Source of the DNA: Felis catus
Taxonomy: Eukaryota
Length of the DNA stretch: 64,000 nt
Direction: 5' to 3'
NCBI RefSeq assembly: GCF_018350175.1
Contig: NC_058368.1
Coordinates: 94,614,001 to 94,678,000 of the forward strand
The position numbers and the translations under genes are program-made. The notes beneath the pieces were generated by a model, which did no database searches, was not told where the DNA came from, and worked only from the letters and a program-made list of their open reading frames with translations. Numbering within the stretch: position 1 is the first letter of the stretch; every line of letters starts with the position of its first letter. Below are positions 24,990-36,400 of the stretch, piece by piece.

Positions 24990-26942
24990 TGAGAACTTTT
25001 AAGATTTACTCTCTCAGCAACTTTCAAACGCACGACACAGTAGTATTGACGACAGTCACCATGCTGTACCTTATACCTCCAGGGTTTATTCATTTGATAA
25101 CTGCAAGTTTATACCTTTTGACCACTTTCATTCATTTCACTTCCCATTCCCCCTGTTCCCTACTGGCAGCCACCAATCTTTGCAGCTTTGGGTTTGATTG
25201 TTGTTGTTGTTTTTAGCTTCTATATGTAAGTGAGATCATATGGGATGTCTTTCTGAGTTTGACTTCTTTCACGGCACATAATGCCCTCAGAGTTCATCCA
25301 TATTGTCGCAAATGGCAGGATTTCCTTCTTTTTTTGTGGTAGAATAGTACTCCATTGTGTGTGGTGTGTGTGTTTGTGTGCGAGCATGCGCGTATCTCAC
25401 ATTTTCTTTAGCCATTTGTAGGTCTGTGGACACCTGCATTGTTTCCACATCTTGGCTATTGTAAATAATGCTGCAGTGATCACGGGGTTGTGGATATCTT
25501 CTTGAGTTAGTGTTTTCATTTCCTTCAGATAAATATCCAGAAGTGCAATTGCTAGGTCATAGGGTAGTTCTATTTTTAGACTTTTGAGGCACCTACATCC
25601 TGTTTGCCATAGTGGCTGCACGAGGTTACATTCTCATCCACAGAACGCAGGGGTTCCCCTTTCTCCACATTCTCACCAACGCTGTTTTTTTCTTGTGTTT
25701 TTGATGACACTCATTGCACAAGTTGTGAGGCGATTTCTCATTGTTGTTTTGACTTGTATTTCCCCCGTGATTACTGATGTTGAGCACCTTTTCACATACA
25801 TGTTGGCTATATGTATGTCTTTTTTGGAAAAATGTCTATTCACATCTCGGGTCATTTTTAAAACAGGTTGTTTATTTTTTTGAAATTGAGTTTTATGGGT
25901 TCTTTATATATTTAGGACGTTAACCTTATATCAGATATATGATTTGCAAGTATTTTCTCCTACCTGGTGGGTTGTCTTCATTTTGGTGATGGTTTCCTTT
26001 GCTGTGCGGAAAATTTTTAGTTTAATTTAGTCCCACTAGTATATGTATATTTTTGCTTTTGTTACATTTGCTTTTGATGTCAGATCCAAAAAGTCATCAC
26101 CAAGAGTGATGTCAAGGAGCTTACCATCCGCGTTTTTTTCTAGGAGCTTTAGGTTCCAGTCTCTAATTTATTTTGAGTTAGTTTTTGTGTATGAACAAGA
26201 TCGTGGTCCAGTTTCATTCTTTTGAATGTGGCTGTTCAGTTTTCCCAACACCATTTATTGAAGAGATTGTCCTTTCCCCATTGGTATTTTTGGCTTCTTT
26301 GTTGTAGATTAATTGACCACACATGCGTGGGCTTATTTCTGGGCTTTCTGTTGTGTTCCACTGATGTATGTATGTGTTTGTTTCTATGCCAGTGTCATTT
26401 TTTTTTTATTTCTACAGCTTTGTACTATAGTTTGAAATCAGGAAGCATGATGCCTGCAGCTTTGTTCTATCTCAAGATAGTTTTGGCTATTAGGGATCTT
26501 TTGTAGTGCCATACAAATTTTAGGATTGTTTGCTCTATTTCTGTGAAGAATACCATTGGCATTCTGATAGGAAATGCACTGAATTTGTAGATTGCTTTGG
26601 GTAGTATGGACATTTTAGCAATACTGATTCTTCCAATCTATGAGCATGGGATATTTTTCCATATATTTGTGTCTTCATTTGCTTTCATTAGTCTCTTGTG
26701 ACTTTCAGTGTACAGGTCTTTCACCTCCTTGGTTAAATTTATTCCTAGGTATTTTATTCTTTTGACGCAATTGTAAATGGGATTGTCTTCTTAACTTCTT
26801 TCTGATAGTTTATTATTAGTGTAGAGAAATGTAGTAAATATGTTGATTTTTGTATCACACAGCTTTACTGACCTCATTTATTAAAATTCCAAGAGTTATT
26901 CGGTGGCTTCATTAGGATTTTGTATATATAAAATCTTGTCAT

Positions 26943-27053
26943 ATTGAGGAGGGCACCTTTTGGGATGAGCACTGGGTGTTGTATGGAAACCAATTTGACA
27001 ATACATTTCATATATTGAAAATAAATAAATAAACATTAAAAAAATTAAAAAAA
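26943..27053 (+). mobile_element. Very short young felid L1 3' end, inserted in opposite orientation into the older L1
   Basis: GAGGAGGGCACCTTTTGGGATGAGCACTGGGTGTTGTATGGAAACCAATTTGAC plus an A-rich tail. Perfect 15-bp TSD ATAAAATCTTGTCAT at 26928-26942 and 27054-27068. Confidence 0.9.
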
Positions 27054-28172
27054 ATAAAATCTTGTCATCTGAGTGACACATTTACATGTTTCTGTTGGAT
27101 TTGGATGCCTTTTATTTATTTATTTTTTTTCTTGCTGAATTGCTCTGGCTAGGGCTTTGAATATTTTGTTGAAGAAAAGTGGGAAGAGTGGCCATCCTTG
27201 TCTTGTTCTTGATCTTAGAGGAAAAACATTAAACTTTTCACCATTTAGTATGATGCTAGCTGTGGGCTTGTCATATCTGTCCTTTATTATGTTGAGGTAT
27301 GTTCCCTCTGTACCCAGTCCTTGGGGAGTTTTTTTTTTTTTTTTTTTTGCTTTTTTTTTTTTAATCATAAATGGATGCTTAATTTTGTCAAATGCTTTTT
27401 CTGCATCTGTTGAAATGATCATATGATTTTTATCTTTCATTTTGTTAATGCAGTGTAGCACATTGATTCATTTGTGGGTATTGAACTATCCTTGCATCCC
27501 TGGAAAAATCCCACTTGATCATGGCATATGGTTCTTTTAATGTATGGCTGAATTTGGTTTGCTAATACTTTGTTGAGGACTTTTGCACCAATGTTTATCA
27601 AGATATTGGCCTGATTTTTTTTTTTTTTTTTTTTTTTTTCTTGTGGCACCCTTGTCTGGTTTTCATGGTGATAATGCTGGCCTTATAAAATGAGTTTGGA
27701 AGTGTTCCCTCATCTTTTATTTTTGGAAGACTTAGAGAAGGATTGATATTAATTCTTCTTTAAATATTTGGTAGATTTCATCAGTGAACCCATCTGGTCC
27801 TGGACTTTTGTTTGTTTGGAATTTTTTGATTAGTGATTCAGTCTCCTTATGAGGAATTGGTCTATTAAAAAAAAATCAAATTGTTGTGTTCAGATTTTCT
27901 GTTTTTGTTTTTTTTTAATGTCTAATTCAGTCTTGGTAGGTTGTATGTTCCTAGGGATTTATACATTTCTTGTAGGTTGTACAATATGTTGACATTTAAT
28001 TTGTTCATAGTATTCTTTTATGGTCTTTTGCATTTCTGTGGTATCAGTTGTAATGTTTCTCTTTAATTTCTGATATTATTTATTTGATTCTTACCCCCAG
28101 CCCTTTTTTGGTGAGTCTTGCTAAAGGTTTGTCAATTTTGGTTTATCTTTAAAAAAAAAAAATCTAGCTCTT

Positions 28173-28909
28173 AGGGGGTGCCTGGGTAGGTCAGTAAGTT
28201 AAGGGTCTGACTTCTGCTCAGGTCATGATCTCATGGTCCACGGGTTTGAGTCCCGTGTCGGGCTGTGTGCTGACACTTCAGTGCCTGGAACCTGCTTCGG
28301 ATTCTGTATCTCCCTCTCTCTCTGCCCCTCCCTGGCTCTTGCCACTCTCTCTTTCTCTCAAAAATGAGTAAACATTAAAAAATAATAATAATAAAAGACA
28401 AGAAATTGTAAAAAAAAATTACTAGCTCTTAGTTTGATCTTTTTTTTTTTTAATGTTTTATTTATTTTGAGAGAGCACAAGCAGGGGAAGGGCAAAGAGA
28501 GAGGGATAGAGATCTGAAGCAGGCTCTGTGCTGACAGCAGTGAGCCTGATGTGGGGCTTGAAGTCCCGACTGTTAGGTCATGACCCAAGCTGAAGTTCAA
28601 CACTAAACCAACTAAGTCACCCAGGTGCCCCTGATTGATCTTTTTTTAAGTTGTCTTTTTAGTTTCTATCTCATTTATTTATTATTTAAAAAAAAAATTT
28701 TTTTTAATGCTTATTTGTTATTTAGAGACAGAGAGACAGAACGTGAGCAGGGGAGGGGTAGAGAGAGAGGGAGACATAGAATGGGAAGCAGGCTCCAGGC
28801 TCTGAGCTGTCAGCACAGAGCCCGATGTGGGGCCCGAACTCACAAACTGTGAGATCATGACCTGAGCCAAAGTCGGTTGCTTAACCGACTGAGCCACCCC
28901 AGGTGCCCC
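28173..28909. mobile_element. CanSINE cluster (+, -, -) within the antisense L1
   Basis: Heads at ~28173 (+), ~28631 (-) and ~28909 (-); ctagctcttag is duplicated around the first copy. Confidence 0.9.
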
Positions 28910-28951
28910 TCATTTATTTCTAATATTCATTTTTTCCATCTTTCTACTTTG

Positions 28952-29031
28952 AGTTTTGTTTATTCTTTTTCTAGTGTAAAGTTCTTTGAAGTAAGTTTTG
29001 TTCATTCTTTTTCTAGTGTAAAGTTCTTTGA
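28952..29031. repeat. Tandem duplication, 42-bp period, two copies
   Basis: agttttgtt(t/c)attctttttctagtgtaaagttctttga starts at 28952 and 28994. Confidence 0.9.
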
Positions 29032-30380
29032 GGTGTAAAGGTAGGTTGTTTATTTGAGATCTTGTTTCTTGATGTAAGTAAGCTTTTGATACGAACTTTT
29101 CTTTTCAAACTGGTTTTGTGGCATCCCATAAATTTTGTTATGTTGTATTTTCAATTTGTCTCAAAGTAGTTTTTTTATTTCTCTTTGATTTCTTCTTTGA
29201 CTCATGCATGCTAACATTGTATTATGTTTTGATTCTCTAAAGTCAATGTGCTTTTGTTCCTTATAGAGCCCTCAGAGAGTTGTTCTTTGTATTTTGTTGA
29301 GAGTTTGTAGGTGTTGTTCATGGAAAGATTGCTTTTATTTTCTTTTTTTTAGATGCACAGCCCTTGATACCAGAAGTCACTGTTTCTTAAATTGGGAGCT
29401 TAATAGAATTAATCAGATTTAGAGGGAAAAAAAAAATCATTGAAGTCAGAAGTGGTTAAGAAAAAATTTGTAGAGCAGGCATTTAGCTAAGCTTTACAAA
29501 TAGGTTTATGTTCTTAAATTAAGCATTGAGTCAACTTCCTAATTTTTGTATTTTCATTAGAGTAAATAGAGGTATATAGTTTCTGTAATGAGCCATACAT
29601 AAATGAAATTTCTGCTTATGGTATTTTCTAGTTATAAAATAAATGGTGGCTTGTAGCAACAGAATATAGATAGTGTTTAATATTTTAGCAGTTACAGCTC
29701 TAATTGTATGTATTTTCATGATTTATTATGATAAATAATAAAATGTTTCATGAATACCTATGCACATAGTTCCTGAAACTCATTCAGGGTTTCTGAGCAG
29801 TATTTTCCTAGCTGTAGATAGCCTGAAATATTAGGGTTTATTGGGTAATGAAATCAATTTAGAGGGTTTTCAAATAGCATTTTCAAAATGAAACATAATA
29901 AAGCTTATTAAAGAACTCGGCTCTGGGTAAAAATTGTTCTGTGTAACTTTAGTTCTGTGTAACTTTTACGGTTTGCACCGTAAAAGTATTTCTTACTGTG
30001 TTGTATGGTTCAAACAGTGGCTTCTGTTTTAGAGTGCCCCAGTAGTTAAAATCTGGTATAAAACTTTACCTTTTCTTTTTTGCCACTTAAAAGGGTTAAT
30101 ATAATCACAATTTCGGCTGAGTTTTGTGTGTGTTTGGAATGGTGGTTTACAAAGCAATTATGAGAATTTAAGTTTATGTCGAGGTTGTTAAATTAAAATT
30201 AGAGAATAAAGTCGTTTTATACACACACACACACGTATGTATTTGTTTTTGAAGTTATTATACTTTGGACTGACGTCTTAGTAACATTGTCAGGTAAGAA
30301 GTAATGCTAGTGAGATGTGTAAGAACTACCATTTAAACAGTTTAGCTTGTGTTGAAAAACATTAAAAGTATCAGTGGCTT

Positions 30381-30599
30381 GGGGTGCCTGGGTGACTCAG
30401 TCCGTCCAACTCTTGGATTAAGCATCCAACTCTTGGTCTGAGCTCAGGTCTTGATCTCAGTGTTGTGAGTTCAAGCCCCGTGTTGGGTTCTGTGCTAGAT
30501 GTGAAGCCTACTTGAAAGAAAGAAAGAAAGAAAGAAAGGAAGGAAGGAAGGAAGGAAGGAAGGAAGGAAGGGAGGGAGGGAGGGAGGAAGGAGAAAGAA
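30381..30599 (+). mobile_element. Short CanSINE whose tail is a (GAAA)n(GGAA)n(GGGA)n compound microsatellite
   Basis: TSD ATCAGTGGCTT at 30370-30380 and 30600-30610. Confidence 0.88.
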
Positions 30600-31372
30600 A
30601 TCAGTGGCTTATTTTTCTTGTGTTTTATGTTATTTTGATGATGCTTAAATTTAGGATGTTGAGGGGGCCTGGGTGGCCCAGTCACTGGAGTGTCCGATTT
30701 CGGCTCAGATCATGATCTCACGGAATGTGAATATGAGCCCACATCTGGCTTGCTGCTGTCAGTGCAGAGCCTGCTTGGGATCCTTGGTCCCCCTCTCACT
30801 CTACCTCTCTCTCACTAGTGCTCTCTCTCTCTCTCAAAAATAAGTAAAACATTAAAAAAAAAAATCTAGGATGTTGATTAAGGCCTAAGGACCCTCAGAT
30901 GAAATCTGAGCATAAAATTAGAAAACAAATGTTAAAATATTTCCTGGTATTTTAATATACAGATTCTGCTGTACACAAGGCAGAGTTTTATTTTAAATAG
31001 AAGCAAATGTAGTTGAGCTCATGTAAGTCAAAATCCTTCACTAGATTTTCTTGTTTTATATGTAATTAAAATATTGATGACTGTTGTATTTGTTTCTTAG
31101 TTATGAGTCTCAAAGGAATAATTCAGTACAATACTATATGATTTTCACCTACGCAAAGGGATTTTGCTTTTTCTTATTTATATTACTGCTGCCTATTAGA
31201 GACATGGCAAATAATATAATAATATGTTGTAAGCAGTGTAAGGAATTGCTTCTTTCTTGGCTTTTCTTTGTTTTTTTAGGACATTTATGTTTCTGAAGTG
31301 TATGTTTCACTTATTTTTCATGATGTTCCTTCATTTTATTTTTCTTTTGTTTCTTCATAATCAAATTGAGGT

Positions 31373-31413
<41 letters not shown>

Positions 31414-33447
31414 TCTAGAAAGCTACATAAATAATGTGGTCTTTGCAGGGTTTCACACCTAGGGCTACATGATGGTTTTCTTTTGCCACTTTTTGATGAT
31501 GTTAATTTTGTTCTTTGGTTAAGATCTTTGTTTTCTTCCCTGCACAATTACTTTCTTTCTTCTGTAGCTAACCAGCAGTTGTGGGTGGAAACTTTGTGAC
31601 TTTGCATTCCAAATTAAACTTTCCCCTCCTAGATTTAGTATCCATTGATGATTCTTAGTTGAATCAATTTCTTATAACTTGTGATTTTGATTTTTATGTA
31701 ATTTGAAACTTAGAGAAAAGAATTGAAATAATAACATAAGAAGGTTTATATACTCTTTGCTACAGTTCACCAGTTATTTACGTTATATATATTTAATTTG
31801 TAAAAAGCGTGTAATAAGAGTCCTTATCTCAAGTAGTATTGATTTTCATTGCCTCTGAGTTTCACTGAAAAGTGTGTTTTCTTGTTACTATTCTGTGTAA
31901 TTGTAAAGTATTCTTTTATACTTCTCCTTATTCTTTCTATATTCCCTCTCCATTTAAGGCTTCTGAATACTAGTCATTTTCTACAAAATTTTACATGTAG
32001 TTGTGTGATGTGCATATACATAATATGAACTTAACAATTCTTTGTACTTTTTAAATTACTCTTTAATGTGGGTGTGGGACAAATATTTTCACATCACAAA
32101 GTTCTGTAGATAAGGTTCAGGAATTTAAGAAAGGCAACCTACCAACTCTTAGTCATGACTCTTAAACATTACCTTTCCTAGCAAAGGGCACCTGGATGGC
32201 TCTGTTGGTTAAGCATTCATTTAGCTCAGATCATGATCCCGGGGTCATGGTATTGAGCTCCACATTGGGCTTCATGCTGAGCGTAGAGCCCACTTAAGAT
32301 TCTCTCTCTCCCTCTGCCTCTCTCCCTCGCTGGTGCTCTTTCTCCCTCTTAAAAAAAATTACCTTTCCCTGGGAGTATTCTTTGACTCATTTCAATTCAA
32401 TTCAACAGATAGATATAGAGTGCCTACAGTATTTAAAAGATAGTGTAGAAGAAACCAGGTAATCAAAATGCCTTATATTTATAATGTTTTGCAGTTTTCA
32501 AAACACCTTTGGATGTGCATTTTCCTTAAAAAATTTTTTTTTAACGTTTTATTTATTTTTGAGAGAGAGAGAGAAAGAGTGAGTGAGTGAGCAAGCAGGG
32601 GAGGGGCAGAGAGAGAGGGAGGCAGAGAATCCCAAGCAGGCTCCAGGCTCTGAGCTGTCAGCACAGAGCCCGACCTGGGGCTAGAACTCACAAACTGTGA
32701 GACGATGACCTGAGCCAAAGTTGGATGCTTAACTGACTGAGCCACCCTCTGAGTATGCATTTTCTTAATTGTCATTACCATAACTCAGCAAAGTAGATAG
32801 TTCAGATAGATTTATTCTCATTGTATATGAAGAAACTGAAGTCTTGAAAGATTGTGACTTAACCAGGGTCCCATAGCTAGGGAGTGACAGCTTAAGCATG
32901 AACCAAAGCATAAGCTCAGTGCTCTTTTAAATTCTCCTTCACCACCTGTATATAGTGACTATAAATTAACATATTAATTTATTATGCAAATTTCCTGACC
33001 ACAACAGAGGTATTTTTTAATTTATTCACTTAATATTTATCTTAAGTGCTTCAAGGGCAGGGATAGAATCAGTAAAATAAGATCAAGACAGTGTCTTATA
33101 AGTTAATATGAGTACCTTCCAGATACTTTCAACTAAGACAGTGATGTGTAATCAGCTCAATTGGTTAAGCATTTGACTCTTGGTTTTGACTGAGGTCATG
33201 ATTTCACACTTGGTGAGTTGGAGTCCTGGGTCAGGCTCTGCGCTGACAATGTGGAGCCTTCTTGGGATTCTCTGTCTCTTTCTCTCCCTGCCCCTCCCTT
33301 GCCTGTGCAAAACAAATAAGTAAACATTTAAAAAAAAAGATAGTGATGTGTATCAGAATGCTTGGATATATGAGAGTGGTTATGACATGCTTTTTCTTGT
33401 TTTGTTGGTGGGTCTGTTGAATGTGACTATTAAAAATAGTGGTGGGC

Positions 33448-36400
33448 AGGTAAAGGAAGCAAAAGCAAAAGTGAACTATCGGAACTTCATCAAAATAAAA
33501 AGCTCCCCTCTGGGACACAGCAAAGGCGGTCATAAGAGGAAAATATATAGCAATGGAGGCCTTCCTAAAGAAGGAAGAAAAGGTCTCAGATACACAAGCT
33601 AACCGCACACCTTATAGAGCTGGAAAAAGAACAGAAAAGAAAACCCCAAACCAGCAGGAGACAGGAGATAATAAAGATTAGAGCAGAAATCAATGCTATC
33701 GAAACCCAAAAAACAGTAGAACAAATCAATGAAACCAGAAGCTGGTTCTTGAAAGAATTAACAAAATTGATAAACCACTAGCCAGTTTGATCAAAAAGAA
33801 AAAGGAAAGGACCCAAGTAAATAAAATCAAGAATGAAAGAGGAGAGATCACAACCAACACAGCTGAAATAAAAACTGCCAGAGTCCAGCTCCAGCAGGTC
33901 CAGGGGTTCCCAAAGGATGGACGGCATCGGTGAAAATAAAACCAAACTAAAATAAAAAACTAAAACTAAAATAAAAATGGACACAGACAACAACAGTGTG
34001 TTGAACTGGCCGATTTATTGTAGCAAATGTGGCATTATATTTGTTAGCGATTTTTTTGTAGTATATGTCATCTATGGTTTTCTAACATTACCTAAATTTT
34101 GAAAATGTTCCTATGTGTAATCAACCTTTAAGAAATAACATGGCGATTTTCTCGTAATGTTCCCTCATACCCTTTGATTATTGATTAATTTCCTACATTA
34201 TTTCATTATGCATCTGTGTTTATCTGTAATCTATAAAGCATTTGCTTTGCTGTTCTCATGAAAGGCCCTTTATCTCTTAACACCTCAAGTCCCAGGTGCT
34301 AGGAAGGGGCCAAAAGGACCTTAGAAACCCATGCCTCACACATTCTCAGAAAGACAATGCACCTAGGAATTAATGAACCATTCTGTACCTTAACCGACTA
34401 GGTTCAGTCATCATCTGGAATGCCTTCTGGGGGCCGGGTAGGCCTAGGGGTTGAAGTCACCTGTGCTCAGAGATACACTCCTTAGTTGCCGGAGTGGGGC
34501 TCTCAAATCCATATGTCTCTCCTTTGTCGGCCTCCTTAGCTGGCAAGTATATGAGGCTATCCTTCCTGTAAATAGAGGAGTCTCCGTAGGGGATGGCAAG
34601 GGTTAGATGTAAGGCCGCACAGTTTCTTGCGGAACCTTATTTTCTTTCCTAATGGTTCTTTTCCCAGGGGGCCTGTCGAGGGCAATTCCCCAATCGACTG
34701 AGACAATACCCCAGGTAGTCTTAAGGCCAAATTACCTACAAGCGGGAGTCCAAGAAGCTTCACTGTCGGTGGGTTGCCTTGCAGTCACCAATCCGTCCAC
34801 AGGCTGGGCCTTGCCATCAGGCTGGGATAGCTCGGCTTCCAGCAAAAAACAATAAGAGAATATTATGAGCGATTATATGCCAATAAAATGGGCAATCTGG
34901 AAGAAATGGACAAATTCCTAGAAGCCTATACACTACTGAAACTGAAACAGGAAGAAATAGAAAATTTGAACAGACCCATAACCAGTAAAGAAATTGAATT
35001 AGTAATCAAAAATCTCCCAAAAAACAAGACTCCAGGGCCAGATGGCTTTCCAGGGGATTTCTACCAGACATTTATGGAAGAGTTAACACCTATTTTCTTG
35101 AAGCTGTTCCAAAAAATAGAAATGGAAGGAAAACTTCCAAACTCTTTCTATGAGGCCAGCATTACCTTGATTCCAAAACCAGACAGAGACCCCACTAAAA
35201 AGGAGAACTTTAGACCAATTTCCCTGATGAACATGGAATGCAGAACTCCTCTACAAGATATTAGCCAACCAGATCCAACAATACATTAAAAAAATTATTC
35301 ACCATGACCAAGTGCTATTTATACCTGGGATGCAGGGCTGGTTCAGTATCTGCAAAACAATTAACTTGATTCATCGCATCAATAAAAGAAAGGACAAGAA
35401 CCATATGATCCTCTCAATAGATGCAGAGAAAGCATTTGACAAAATACAGCATCTTTCTTGATAAAAACCTTCAAGAAAGTAGGGATAGAAGGAGCATACC
35501 TCAAGATAATAAAAGCCATATATGAATGACCCAATGCTAATATCATCCTCAATGGGGAAAAACTGAGAGCTTTCCCCCTAAGGTCAGGAACAAGACAGGG
35601 ATGTCCACTCTCGCCACTGTTATTCAACCTAGTATTGGAAGTCTTAGCCTCTGCAATCAGTCAACACAAAGAAATAAAAGGCATCCAAGTCGGCCAGGAG
35701 GAGGTCAAACTTTCACTCTTCTCAGATGACATGATACTCTATATGGAAAACCTAAAAGATTCCATCAGAAAACTGCTAGAACTGATTCATGAATTCAACA
35801 AAGTTGCAAGATATAAAATCAATGCACAGAAATCGGTTGCATTCCTATTCACTAACAATGAAGCAACAGAAAGAGAAGGAATCAATCCCATTTACAATTG
35901 CACCAAAAACCATACAATACCTAGGAATAAATCTAACCAAAGAGGTTAAAAATTTATACACTGAAAACTATGGAAAGCTTATGAAAGAAATTGAAGAAGA
36001 CACAAAAAAATGGTAAAAGATTCCATGCTCTTAGATAGGAGTGAAAAATATTGTTAAAATATTGATACTACTCAAGGCAATCTACATATTCAATGCAATG
36101 TCTATCAAAATAACACCAACATTCTTCACAGAGCTAGAACAAATAATCCAAAAATTTGTATGGAACCAGAAAAGACCCTGAATAGCCAAAGCAATCTTGA
36201 AAAAGAAAACCAAAGCAGGAGGCATCACAATCTCGGACTTCAAGCTATACTACAAAGCTGTAATCAGTAAGACAGTATGGTACTGGCACAACAACAGACA
36301 CTCAGATCAATGGAACAGAATAGAGAACCCAGAAATGGACCCACAAACGTATGGGCAACTAATCTTTGACAAAGCAAGAAAGAATATCCAATGGAATAAA

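Larger units (their letters stand above)
24820..29200 (-). mobile_element. Long antisense L1 (L1MA9/L1_Carn-like): 3' UTR to the RT/endonuclease-proximal region
   Basis: Minus-strand ORF2 pieces [36 protein letters not shown]...[10 protein letters not shown] and [22 protein letters not shown]. Confidence 0.92.

Noticed and set aside
28952..29031. Short repeats here, at 3300-3385 and at 46771-46810 as CRISPR-like arrays
   Set aside because: Mammalian intron, 2-4 copies, no unique spacers of regular length: simple slippage repeats.
30291..30299. Strong donor CAG|GTAAGA as another hidden exon
   Set aside because: I could not define a convincing upstream acceptor with an open frame.
34100..34395. 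TGTTCT/TGTTCC/TGTACC hexamers as hormone-response half-sites in the LTR
   Set aside because: Isolated hexamers, expected by chance.
34557..34855. Short ORFs in the LTR U3 as an MMTV sag-like accessory gene
   Set aside because: They are only 67-68 aa with no recognisable motif. A family consensus would be needed to test for a longer ancestral ORF.
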